From Candidatus Ozemobacteraceae bacterium (GTDB taxonomy: Bacteria > Muiribacteriota > Ozemobacteria > Ozemobacterales > Ozemobacteraceae), in NCBI GenBank assembly GCA_965140445.1, contig OZ223236.1:1440001-1504000 (forward strand): 64,000 bases of DNA, read 5' to 3'. Positions 46,777-56,898 of the stretch are shown here, one piece after another. The notes beneath the pieces are model-generated. The model saw only the letters and a list, made by a program, of their open reading frames with translations, was not told the DNA's origin and searched no databases. How positions within the stretch are numbered: position 1 is the first letter of the stretch; every line of letters starts with the position of its first letter. The position numbers and the translations under genes were made by a program.

Positions 46777-49641
46777 CTATGGGGTCTTTAAGATTAAAGA
46801 TCTGCCTTCTGTTGGCGAATCAGTTTTGGTTCTGTCGGTTCCGTATTTGTTTTGACCAGAGTATTCATCATAGGTATCAACGGGATAAGTGCTGTCATCC
46901 TTTAAACCTGTGTGGATGACGAAACCTGGATAAAAGTCAATTGTTTCAGTAAATTCAGAGCTTGTATTGCCTACTTTATCTCTGAATTTCATATGAATAG
47001 TTTTGGTTCCAGGAACCGAATCAAGCACCCAAGGGTATGAGGCTGGATCATTTGCTGGAAGATCCCATGTTGTCCACGAAACCCCATCATTGCTTATAGT
47101 CGCTGAAGCAACACCACTTGGATCGTCTATGGTTAAGGTAATAAAAACAGTTTCTGTGGCGGTGGTTAATTCTGAAAGATTTGCTCCAGGCTTCTTGTTT
47201 ATATAAAACATTTTTCCCGTTGTCGGATTTGGAGCGCTCATGTCTACTCTTATTCCATTTGATCTGGCAGCAAAAGCACTTTCTCTACCAGCATTATCTT
47301 TCACCAGTATTCGGGCGTAATAAGTTGAACCATCAGCTCCAAATTTATACAAATATGATGTAACCGTAGTTCCAAGCCAAACATCAGTTGCAATAGCAGT
47401 GAATCCATTGTCCGTCGCAACCTGAATCCTTACGTCTGCTACACCTGAAACAGCATCAGAGTGGCTAAAAGAGAAATATAAGTTTGTATCAATTGATATT
47501 TCATCATTAGGGTCATTATTGCCGCCGACAATATCTGTTGTTGCATTGGCTGTAGGAGCTGTTTGGTCAAGAGTTATTCCATCCGTTGTAAACCAACCTG
47601 AGATATTCCCGGCTATGTCTTCAAATTTTGCTCTGGCATAAATTTTATCTCCATCTGCAGCCCCTACGCTTGTGGTTAAAGCGCCAGAGGTATTGCTCAG
47701 CCAGCTGGCGTAGAGTGTGTTGGTAAATGCTGTTTCAGTTGCTATTTCTACGTAAACATTCTTTACCCCTGAAAGATCATCTGAAAGAGAAGTTGGCACA
47801 AATGAAACACTGGTATCTCTTGTCCAGACATAATCCGGGTCAGCATTTAAGGCCGTATTGTCGGTGTAATTTGTAGCTGATGGCGCATTAGAATCCTGAA
47901 TTGAATTGACTGAACCAGAAAAGGCAGAAACATTTCCAACTGCATCTTTACTTTGAACCCTGAAATAATAAGTTGTTCCATGGGTTAAACCACTGAAAGT
48001 ATGTGTGGGGTTTGAAATCCATCCAGAGCTTACCAGGCTGGCTGTAAAACCAGTATTTGTAGCGCTTTGGAAGTTATACAAAACTCCACCAGAGAGCGCG
48101 TCTGTTACAGCTGCGCAACTAACTATATTAGCTGTTCCTGATGAGTAAGTTGGCTCGGCTGACATGGTTGGCACGGGTGGAGCCGCAGTATCTACGATAA
48201 TACCGTTACTACTGCTAACTGTAGAAGTGCCTCCGTTATTGTAAATTCGAACATTTATCCAGTATTGAGTCCCGTTTGTCAGGGCTAAACCTGTTGCTGT
48301 ATTGCTTAGAGCAATTCCAAGGTTTGTCCAGGTAACAACGTCAGCAGCTCCTGCACTTGTTCCTGCTGAAAACTCGTAGCGATTAATTCCAGAATCAGAA
48401 TCATTACTGGCTGTCCAGGTTGCATGTAACTGCGTGCTGTTTCCAGTGTAATTGCCGTCATCTGTTACGATTACAGGATCAGGAGGAGTAGGATCTCCAG
48501 CTTTTATTCCATCTGAATTACCAAATGCGGATATGTTTCCAGCCTTATCTATTGCACAAACAGTGAAGTAATAGAGGGTTGAACCGCCGATGTCAAGTGA
48601 CAGGCTGCTGAAAGTTGTTTCTGTTGCCACGCCAACATTTACTTCGGCGACTGTATCTCCAGCACCAGCAGATGTGCCGACTTTTACCAGATAATAGCTG
48701 ATTCCTGTCTGAGCATCAGAGCTTGTCCAGCTTGCATGGAGCTTATCTATAAATGGCGAATAAGTGCCGTCATCGGTAACTGAAGGGGTAGTAGGCACAA
48801 TTGTATCCACACATGTTGAGCTTGTAAAAACTGCCGATTCATTACCTAGAGAGTCATAATATTTTACCTGAACGGTGTGAGTTGCAAAACCACTGGCCAC
48901 ATTCCAATCATATGCCGGACTATAGGCTTGACTCACAAATGCGCCTCCATCCAAAGAAAGAGCCATCAAGTTTACTCCGCTTCCGTCGCTTGCAGATAAG
49001 TTTAAAGATAGGGTTCCGGTTGCACTAAATGGAGCGGGGGTGACTGTTACTCCACCAAGTGGCCCAGTCGTATCAAGAATAATATCGTCTGTAAAAATAC
49101 CAATGTTACCAACCGTGTCTCGGTAACGAGCATAAACAACTTTTGTACCATCTCCAGTCGATAAAGACCAGTTTTGCGTAGTTCCATATGGGACCCAGGC
49201 ACTCCAGGTAATATTGTCGTTACTGAAAGACATATCTGCAACGCCTTGATCATCAGTTGCTGAAAGGGTTAATGAAACGGACTCTGTTCCTGTGCGAGCT
49301 GCTCCCGAATTGATTGAAATTGTGCCGAGTGGGGCAGTAGTATCTACTTTTACCGAAACGCTTGTTGCACCAAAATCTCCAACATTGCCAGCACCATCAA
49401 CCGCTCTGACTCTAAATGTGTAGTCCCCTTGAGCTAGCCCGGAGGTTAAAAATCCTGTTGTTGTGGTAGAGGCTAAATAGACATATGGAGCTGCGTTTAA
49501 GCTATATTGAATCTCATATTCTGCAATCCCAGATTCTGCCGGGTCCGTTGAAGCTGACCATATCAGGTTGAACACACCATTGTTATTGAGCGTGTTATCT
49601 GGAATTGGTTGTCCTGGTGGATTTGGGGGGTATCGATCCAA
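46777..49641 (-). CDS. C-terminal part of giant Ig/FN3 surface protein (separated by frameshift)
   Basis: FN3/Ig repeats (YTFRVRAVDGAGN, DTTAP, VYARYRDTVGN); no signal peptide, TTG start mid-domain, sequence continues the upstream ORF's repeat. Confidence 0.8.
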   Translation of the reverse strand: MDRYPPNPPGQPIPDNTLNNNGVFNLIWSASTDPAESGIAEYEIQYSLNAAPYVYLASTTTTGFLTSGLAQGDYTFRVRAVDGAGNVGDFGATSVSVKVDTTAPLGTISINSGAARTGTESVSLTLSATDDQGVADMSFSNDNITWSAWVPYGTTQNWSLSTGDGTKVVYARYRDTVGNIGIFTDDIILDTTGPLGGVTVTPAPFSATGTLSLNLSASDGSGVNLMALSLDGGAFVSQAYSPAYDWNVASGFATHTVQVKYYDSLGNESAVFTSSTCVDTIVPTTPSVTDDGTYSPFIDKLHASWTSSDAQTGISYYLVKVGTSAGAGDTVAEVNVGVATETTFSSLSLDIGGSTLYYFTVCAIDKAGNISAFGNSDGIKAGDPTPPDPVIVTDDGNYTGNSTQLHATWTASNDSDSGINRYEFSAGTSAGAADVVTWTNLGIALSNTATGLALTNGTQYWINVRIYNNGGTSTVSSSNGIIVDTAAPPVPTMSAEPTYSSGTANIVSCAAVTDALSGGVLYNFQSATNTGFTASLVSSGWISNPTHTFSGLTHGTTYYFRVQSKDAVGNVSAFSGSVNSIQDSNAPSATNYTDNTALNADPDYVWTRDTSVSFVPTSLSDDLSGVKNVYVEIATETAFTNTLYASWLSNTSGALTTSVGAADGDKIYARAKFEDIAGNISGWFTTDGITLDQTAPTANATTDIVGGNNDPNDEISIDTNLYFSFSHSDAVSGVADVRIQVATDNGFTAIATDVWLGTTVTSYLYKFGADGSTYYARILVKDNAGRESAFAARSNGIRVDMSAPNPTTGKMFYINKKPGANLSELTTATETVFITLTIDDPSGVASATISNDGVSWTTWDLPANDPASYPWVLDSVPGTKTIHMKFRDKVGNTSSEFTETIDFYPGFVIHTGLKDDSTYPVDTYDEYSGQNKYGTDRTKTDSPTEGRSLILKTP

Positions 49642-49658
49642 AAAGGTAATATTTTTGG

Positions 49659-52600
49659 TTAAAATACGCCCCCAACTTCAAATGTTACGCTTGCAACTCC
49701 TGCTTTTGTAGAAGATAAAGCAAAGTTTGCTATTCCCAGAGTTGCCTGAATTTGATGTGCATCAATCAAAGGGTAAGCATCTGCAGGAGAAAATGTTCCA
49801 AGGTCATTATAAAGATTTACACAAGTTCCATTTGGAACAAGGTCACCAGAATTACCTATAGCTGAGGTTACCGCTGAAACAGATGGATTGGGGGTCGTTG
49901 GGGAAATAATAAGGGTGTCAGTTGCCCAGTTTAGGCTTACAACTGGGATTTGAACCAAACTAATTGATGAATCTGTGCCGCTGGCTAATCCCAAAACCGC
50001 CCTCACGTTGGCTATTCCTGTTGATAAACCTGTTGCCTGAAGGCCAAATGAAATTTTTCCGGCAGCATCTGATTTTACCTGGTGGCCATCCCCTGGAATA
50101 CCGTTTGAATCAGCAGGTGAGAATGATCCACGATTGGTTAAAAGAGTTATTTCTGTATTAACGTTAATCGGATTGCCTTCTGTGGTCAAAATCGGAGAAG
50201 AAACATAATTTGAGGTGTGTGGAGGGTAAAGACCAACGTAGAGAGAGGTTCGGCTTGGTGTTAAGGTAAAAGTGCCGTATGCAGCTTCATAAATGCTGCT
50301 AACAGATGAATAAGTTCCCTGATTAAGAGCGTTGTCAATCAACTTCAAAAATACCAGGTAAGATCCGCCCTTTACCGCTGGTTGGATTGGAACGGCAGCT
50401 ACTCTATCAATTCCATCATTGCTCGGGAAGTTCGGAATTTCATAGATTATCGAGTAAGTCGTTCCAATGCTTAAAGCTGGACCAGCGGTTACATTGGCTG
50501 AAATAGAGTCGCCTCCATTGGCTGAAATTACCCCGGAGGTCGTAGGAAACTCCAGTTGCCCTCCTCCCAGTGATTTTGCAAACCAGACAGCTGTCCCAAC
50601 TGTGAGGGGGTTGTCAACATGGTCTGTAGCTGTAGTATCAATTCCGGAAACAACAGCAGTTAAGCTGTTTGTTGTTGCTGCCACTGCCTGACCAACACTT
50701 TTAAATGGATAAATCTGGACTCTCGATGGGTCCATGTTTGCTCCACTACCGGTGGTTCCGTCAGCGAGAAGTGGATCGGCTATTTTGGCATTAAAGCTCG
50801 GTAAGGAGTTTGTAACAGAACCATCTGAAGGATTAACTTCTGATGGGACAGGGGGAGTTTTATCCAGCTTAAATGGAAATTCTGAATTGGTAGTATGTGA
50901 GGTTGGCCTTGCGGCATCTGGAAGAGTCAGGCGGTAGTAATATGTTCCTTCAGCTGTTGGTATAGATGAAAGAACATATCTGTAACCGTATGTCATATTC
51001 GAAGTGTCATAGTCTTTATAAAGAGTTCCTGGGACTGCCGTTCCGCCGCCATCCTGGAAGGTTATTGAAGTAGCACCAATTTCAAGAAAAGAAAGAGTGC
51101 TTCCATCAGAAGTATCTTTTGCTTTAACCGAAAATTGTGAAGGAAATGGCCTTGCGTCTGCACCACTTAAGGCGTTATAAAAGGTTTCAGTCGGGAAGGT
51201 GTCAAAAGTAGTTGGTGCTGTGGTGTCACCTTTAACCCAATAGTATTCCCAATAGTTTAAGTATCTTGGCAGGTTTGTTGAATAATAGGTATTGGCAAAA
51301 GAACGAATTTGAAAATTTGTATTACCAGAGGCTCCTGCCTGATCTATAGACAAAAGTGCTGTATCATTGTTGGCAGAAACAACAGCAGAGGCTGTTACAG
51401 AACCTCCCTGAACTAATTCTACTGTTTGTGGAAATAGCTCAACTGGAACCGTAACCTTTATCAGCATTGCATTGCTATTGTCTGTAATTATGACTTCTTT
51501 ATTGTGAATTGTTCCGCCAGTTGTTCCAAAAAGGTTCCCGTAATTTGTCCATATTGGATATATCATGGATGGATCTGCAGCATTGCTAAACTCAATGGCA
51601 GTAGGGGGAGAAGGGGCTGGGTTCGGTGAGCTGATCCAGAGTTTTATTGGATAGTTATTTCTACATATGGCCCAGTCCTGGTCTACAAGAGTGTGGCTAT
51701 TTAAACCATTCGCCAAAGTTCGAAATGGAAATCTAAAGTAATTTGAATTTCCAATACTGTCCGGACCAGCCGCAATACTGCAGGAATAGCCCCATGCAAG
51801 AGCAAAAGTATGAGATTTTGAATCTACTCCGGCTGAAGCAGATGGTTGGGTTATGTCAGCCGCATATAAATTTCCATAAAACGCAACTGTGTTGAATTTT
51901 AGTGAGTGTGGTTCTGTTGTCGTATCTATCAATGCAGGATTAACAGCGGCTGGATCAATCATATAGGCGCCAGATGCCGCATTCCATTTATATTCTACCA
52001 GGTCTGCCAATGTTGGCCAGTTTGGCCATGGGATTGCTTCCATATCATAAACATAGAGCGACTTGATATTACAGTTCGCAGGAACTGTGTCAGCTGGAAC
52101 TTCTGCTATTTCACCTGGCTTTGTATTATCAATTACAAAGTCAAAGGAGTAGCTTTTGGTATTTCCTGCTTTATCACTTATCTGGTAGGCAAGGCGGTAG
52201 CGATGAAAAGTTTGCAAGCATTCTTTCCATGGAACTGTTGGTTCAAGACGTAAACGGTCAGCAGCGATAACATTAATTGAAGACGAAACTGGATTAGTGT
52301 AAGTTCCTACTGCCGGAACAGGATTTCCGGAATTGTCAATGTCTGTAAGGGTTATTACGGCTGTGTTTACGTCGAAATTTGATCCGCCTGAGTCTGAAAG
52401 ATAAAAATCTATAGTGTTCAGATTGTGGTCACTTCTAAGTGTTCCAAGGTAGTTTTCCCCTCGGACGTAACCATGAGTGTCATAAATCCTTCTCGTCATT
52501 ACCGGATTGGTTGTATCCACTACAATCGAAATGGTATTGGAAAAGCCGCTTTCCGCAAATCCATTGTTGGCTTTGACTTTGATGCTATGGTTGCCTGCTG

Positions 52601-55600
52601 AAAGACTTATTGTTGTGCTAAAAGCTCCGCTGCCATTAGAGATAACAGATTTACTGTAAACCCCGTCAATAAAAATTTGTATAAGATTAGAAGCTTCAGA
52701 TAAGCCTTGAACAGTAATGCCAGTAGTTTTATTGGTTGGCACAGGCACTCCTGGAACCGCATTTTTGCCGTCAACTTTAGTAATGGTTGGCGCGTTTGGC
52801 GGAGTTACTGCCCCGGTTATGTTGACGACAATTCCATTGGACCAGCTTCCCCAGTTGCCAATATTGCCAGCCTTATCTTTAACTCTTACCCGTGCGTAAT
52901 AGGTTTGTGTATTTTGTCCGTTCATAAAAATATAGGGGGAGGATGGACCAACCCATGGTTCTTCTACTAACCCTGAAGTATCAGGAGTAACTGAAACCTG
53001 AACCTGACAGTCATCTACGCCGCTTCTATCATCTGTTGGGGAAAAGTAGAAATACACATTTGAATCTACAGAAAAATGTTCGTCCGGGTCAGTGTTCCCT
53101 GGCCCAATGTCTGAACAGGCTACAGCTGGTGGGGCAACTCTATCGATTACCAGCGGAAGACTTTTTGCTGAAAGAGCTCCAATATTTCCGTCATTATCTC
53201 TGGCGCAAACTTTATACTCGTAAGAACCATCAGCAAGTCCAGACAAATTTAAAGAAAGAGTTGTCGTCGTTGCTATGAAAACAGGCGCGCCACCATTTGC
53301 AGACTGCCCTATGCTGTAATCTATGGTTCCAGCTCCGCCAATATCAGTGCTGGCATTCCATGAAAGTGTACTCGCCCCGGTATTTGTTGCCTGTGGAGAA
53401 ATGGTTAGCCCTGTTGGAGCAGGAGGCGGATATTTATCATTGAAAGTGACATTTATGTTTGAGCTTCTTCCACCAATTTGGATTCCCACAGTTGCTGTTC
53501 CCTTGGTGTTGGAAGTGATCACTGTTGAAGCTGAAGCGTTTATGACAGAAGATTGGACACCAGCCAGGTCTGATGAGTCATCGGGGGACAAGGTGCCAAA
53601 ATTAGTTGTGCAAGTAGCTAACGAGCCATCAGGGACATTTCTTGGAGCTTTGCCAAGATATGCTGTTGAAACTCGGGTTGAAGGAGATGGAGCTGAGGGA
53701 GTTATATCCAGACTCGTTGAAACTGCGCTGAGTGTGTAGGTATCTATCTGGTTAATTGCTAGAGGTGAACTGGTTCCCGATGCTAATCCAATTGCCCCAT
53801 AAACTGAAATTGATCCTGGGACCGCTGTTGTTGCTTTTATTCCAAAGCAAGCCTGACCGCTTCCAGGAGCTGCTCCATTTTGACCAAACAATACCTGATG
53901 CCCATCACCGGGTATCCCATTCGCATCAGCGGGAATAATGCTTGAAAGATTGCCTGGAATTTGAACAAGCGAAAGAGGCTGGCCATCTTGAACGGGATTA
54001 CCTTTTCTTGTTGTGACCGCTGAGGTCGTAAAGGTGCCAATGTCTGCTGGAATGAGCCCAGATAGAAGAAATGGTTGATCAAAACTGTAGGTAATGAGCC
54101 CTACAGGTACCTCAAGTGGACTCGATGTGGTAAAAAATGTTCCGGTATTATCTGCTCTATCTCTGGTAACAACTTTGGTAACATAGGTTCCATCCGCGGA
54201 TACAGGAGAAATTGGAACCGCGCCAACCCTATCTAATCCATTATTGGATGTGAAAAATGGTATGGGGTAGGTAATAACGTAAAATGAGTTTCTGGTATAA
54301 GTTCCCGGGTGTTTTACTTTAAATGTCCCGTCGCCATTAATTGTATCTACTGTGCCTTCTACTGCAGTAGAATCATAAAGCCCGGAAGATGTTATCCATA
54401 TTTGAACAGTGTCGCCAACAGAAAGGTTGGTTCCTTTATGGTCTGTCGGAACAAGCTCGCTGTCTGTAAGGGTGAAAGTCCATGTGTTTCGGCCATTGAG
54501 GGTTACTTTGCTTGGGAGTGAAAGCAATCTGAAAGGCCATATCTGTGGCTTGGAAACATCAATGTTTGCTCCAGATCCTGCGCTACCATCAGCCAGGTTC
54601 GGATCGACAACCTTGGCATTAAAACTTGTGAAACTGTTTGAAAGAGCACCATCTGCGGGAACAATGTCGGTGGCGTATGGTGGAGTATCGTCTATTTTAA
54701 AGGAGTTACTACTATTTTGAGTAAGATTGGTAAGATTATCTTCAAGATTGATTTCAATCTGATAAGTTCCTTCTGGGAGCGCAACAGAAGTTAAATCAAT
54801 ATCTGTTTGGAAAGCTAAATTTCCCAGATGAGACCATGAAGGAGCTGGGAGAGATAACAAAGTTCCTTGACCATTTCTAAGATTTACGGTTGATGCGGTT
54901 CCGTTAAGGTAGTAATGCCCACTCCATGACCATCCTCCAGAATAATTTCCGCCCCAGGTTTGCGCTTTCACGGTTAGAAGATTAGGTCTTTCGGAGGTGC
55001 GCCGGTAGGCAGAGGTATGTGCTGGCGAAAGGCTTACTCCATTTAGTAGTGGAGGGTATGTGTCGTTGTTGTGAGCTCTGACAACCCTGATGGCAGATGA
55101 TTTTCCAAGGTTATTTCTAACCAGAGCCCCAATGTAGGTTAAGGTATTATGATTGTACTCAACATTTAAAAAATTTATAAGAGTAAAAGACTCACCATCA
55201 CTTAATGCAGATGGCATGTCATAGAAATTTTCACCAGAATCCCATTCACCATTATTATTCGCATCATACCAGACATCACCATCGTCGTATGCTCCAGGCG
55301 TGTTTACGCTTGTTTGCCCTTCAGGCAAAATCACCTGGCTATATTGCGGAAGCCATGTTGTATAGCTGTAGTCTCCAAATCCAATTTGCACTGTTTGCCT
55401 GAAAGGCATTTTTGTAACAGTTCCTGTTACTGTTGGCCAGAGTCTTGAACCGATAATTGCAGGTTCACCACTTGGAACCCTTGTCTTTACGGGGAATGGA
55501 GTCCCTTCTAAAGTTTTAATATAAACATAGGCAGGAGTTCTTCCCAGGCAGTCAGCTGAGTCGCCAGCCCTAACATCAAGACGGATGTCGCCAAATGGAA

Positions 55601-56696
55601 AAACCAACCCGGGATACGTCAGCTCAAATTCTCCAGTGGATTGATTGATCAGATAAAGGCGTCTTCGAATGTAGTTCTCGTCTCCAATATAGGCAGAATC
55701 CCAGCCTTTCCACTCTTCGTTCCATTTGGTTACATGACCTTTTATTTTTATCGGGTTTGTAGCAACCGTCATATTTGGGAAATAATCTACCCAGCCTGCA
55801 ACTGGTATGTTAGCCGCCGTTTCTCCGTCGCCTGTGAAAAGGTTGTGCCCGGGGTCATAAATCTTATCAATAATAGGCGCTACAGGCCGAGCATCATAAT
55901 GCATATAAAATGTTTTTGATTGGACTGTTTCGTTTCCTGCTTTATCAGAAATAGAACCTGATAACCTGATTTTCCTATATGGCTGTCTTATGAGTCCCCA
56001 ATCAGCAGGGTAAAAATTTACCTGTCCACTGCCGTCATCGGATATTGTTCCTGGAATTGGAGTCCATGACACAACAGTATAATCATCAGGATTACCAGTG
56101 GTCGGCATATCAGCAAAATCTACTGAGATTGATGCTGTGGAGAAATCAATTCCCGCCAATGAATCTGAAACGTTTGCATATATAAGCCCAATATTACACT
56201 GATATTTTTGATTTGATCGACAACCAGAGTTTCCATACCATAAACCCATTGAAGGCAAGGTTGTGTCAATAACTACATCAACTCCAACACTTTGTTGGCT
56301 TAAGAAAATAGAGTCATAGGCCATTGCTGAAAATTCAAAACTTCCCTGGGGCTGTCCTGTTAATGGAATAGACCAAACTCCAGCACCGCTGGTTGTACCG
56401 GTAGCAATTTGCGAGGTCCCTCTGAAAAGTCTAATCTGAGTAGCCGCTTCTGCGTTTCCTTCTAGTGTTAAAGTGGTTGACGGAACAAAAATAGTGGTAT
56501 CAGGGGCGACAGCCTGCCCTGCTACTTTAGTAATGGTTGGAGCGTTAATTCCAAAAACAGCAGAAGGAAAAATTGAAAAAAGAAAAACCAAAAAAATTAC
56601 TGTAGATGACAAATCCGGGCAAAGTTGTTTCCCTTTTCTCGCCAACCTTTTTGCCCATTCCAGTCTGCTAATAACTCTAAGCAGGACAATATCCAT
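49659..56696 (-). CDS. N-terminal part of giant exported Ig-like/FN3 repeat surface protein (putative adhesin)
   Basis: 2345 aa; signal VIFLVFLFSIFPSAVFG; D-x-AGN and DTTxP Ig-repeat motifs; ~1,250-aa internal duplication. Confidence 0.85.
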   Translation of the reverse strand: MDIVLLRVISRLEWAKRLARKGKQLCPDLSSTVIFLVFLFSIFPSAVFGINAPTITKVAGQAVAPDTTIFVPSTTLTLEGNAEAATQIRLFRGTSQIATGTTSGAGVWSIPLTGQPQGSFEFSAMAYDSIFLSQQSVGVDVVIDTTLPSMGLWYGNSGCRSNQKYQCNIGLIYANVSDSLAGIDFSTASISVDFADMPTTGNPDDYTVVSWTPIPGTISDDGSGQVNFYPADWGLIRQPYRKIRLSGSISDKAGNETVQSKTFYMHYDARPVAPIIDKIYDPGHNLFTGDGETAANIPVAGWVDYFPNMTVATNPIKIKGHVTKWNEEWKGWDSAYIGDENYIRRRLYLINQSTGEFELTYPGLVFPFGDIRLDVRAGDSADCLGRTPAYVYIKTLEGTPFPVKTRVPSGEPAIIGSRLWPTVTGTVTKMPFRQTVQIGFGDYSYTTWLPQYSQVILPEGQTSVNTPGAYDDGDVWYDANNNGEWDSGENFYDMPSALSDGESFTLINFLNVEYNHNTLTYIGALVRNNLGKSSAIRVVRAHNNDTYPPLLNGVSLSPAHTSAYRRTSERPNLLTVKAQTWGGNYSGGWSWSGHYYLNGTASTVNLRNGQGTLLSLPAPSWSHLGNLAFQTDIDLTSVALPEGTYQIEINLEDNLTNLTQNSSNSFKIDDTPPYATDIVPADGALSNSFTSFNAKVVDPNLADGSAGSGANIDVSKPQIWPFRLLSLPSKVTLNGRNTWTFTLTDSELVPTDHKGTNLSVGDTVQIWITSSGLYDSTAVEGTVDTINGDGTFKVKHPGTYTRNSFYVITYPIPFFTSNNGLDRVGAVPISPVSADGTYVTKVVTRDRADNTGTFFTTSSPLEVPVGLITYSFDQPFLLSGLIPADIGTFTTSAVTTRKGNPVQDGQPLSLVQIPGNLSSIIPADANGIPGDGHQVLFGQNGAAPGSGQACFGIKATTAVPGSISVYGAIGLASGTSSPLAINQIDTYTLSAVSTSLDITPSAPSPSTRVSTAYLGKAPRNVPDGSLATCTTNFGTLSPDDSSDLAGVQSSVINASASTVITSNTKGTATVGIQIGGRSSNINVTFNDKYPPPAPTGLTISPQATNTGASTLSWNASTDIGGAGTIDYSIGQSANGGAPVFIATTTTLSLNLSGLADGSYEYKVCARDNDGNIGALSAKSLPLVIDRVAPPAVACSDIGPGNTDPDEHFSVDSNVYFYFSPTDDRSGVDDCQVQVSVTPDTSGLVEEPWVGPSSPYIFMNGQNTQTYYARVRVKDKAGNIGNWGSWSNGIVVNITGAVTPPNAPTITKVDGKNAVPGVPVPTNKTTGITVQGLSEASNLIQIFIDGVYSKSVISNGSGAFSTTISLSAGNHSIKVKANNGFAESGFSNTISIVVDTTNPVMTRRIYDTHGYVRGENYLGTLRSDHNLNTIDFYLSDSGGSNFDVNTAVITLTDIDNSGNPVPAVGTYTNPVSSSINVIAADRLRLEPTVPWKECLQTFHRYRLAYQISDKAGNTKSYSFDFVIDNTKPGEIAEVPADTVPANCNIKSLYVYDMEAIPWPNWPTLADLVEYKWNAASGAYMIDPAAVNPALIDTTTEPHSLKFNTVAFYGNLYAADITQPSASAGVDSKSHTFALAWGYSCSIAAGPDSIGNSNYFRFPFRTLANGLNSHTLVDQDWAICRNNYPIKLWISSPNPAPSPPTAIEFSNAADPSMIYPIWTNYGNLFGTTGGTIHNKEVIITDNSNAMLIKVTVPVELFPQTVELVQGGSVTASAVVSANNDTALLSIDQAGASGNTNFQIRSFANTYYSTNLPRYLNYWEYYWVKGDTTAPTTFDTFPTETFYNALSGADARPFPSQFSVKAKDTSDGSTLSFLEIGATSITFQDGGGTAVPGTLYKDYDTSNMTYGYRYVLSSIPTAEGTYYYRLTLPDAARPTSHTTNSEFPFKLDKTPPVPSEVNPSDGSVTNSLPSFNAKIADPLLADGTTGSGANMDPSRVQIYPFKSVGQAVAATTNSLTAVVSGIDTTATDHVDNPLTVGTAVWFAKSLGGGQLEFPTTSGVISANGGDSISANVTAGPALSIGTTYSIIYEIPNFPSNDGIDRVAAVPIQPAVKGGSYLVFLKLIDNALNQGTYSSVSSIYEAAYGTFTLTPSRTSLYVGLYPPHTSNYVSSPILTTEGNPINVNTEITLLTNRGSFSPADSNGIPGDGHQVKSDAAGKISFGLQATGLSTGIANVRAVLGLASGTDSSISLVQIPVVSLNWATDTLIISPTTPNPSVSAVTSAIGNSGDLVPNGTCVNLYNDLGTFSPADAYPLIDAHQIQATLGIANFALSSTKAGVASVTFEVGGVF

Positions 56697-56898
56697 TCAT
56701 GGCCTTTTTATTCTATTTGTAAGGATTGTACCTTAAGAATAGAGAAAAATTTGAATTGTGTAAAGGAATATTGGATTATTAGCGACTTTTAAGCCAGAAA
56801 AGCAATCCTGTTTTCCAAAACAAAAAATCTATGTTGAATCACATTAACTCTAATGATAAGCTGCAGCAGTTGTGCATTATCGGAAATTGGAGAAATAA

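Noticed and set aside
49655..49675. Programmed -1 ribosomal frameshift at the split
   Set aside because: No canonical X XXY YYZ heptamer in the right phase and no obvious stimulatory structure; a DNA-level indel or sequencing error is simpler
46777..56696. Giant gene as DGR target, RTX/MARTX toxin, autotransporter or Rhs
   Set aside because: No reverse transcriptase or adenine-variant template repeat seen; no GGxGxD nonapeptides, YD repeats or C-terminal barrel
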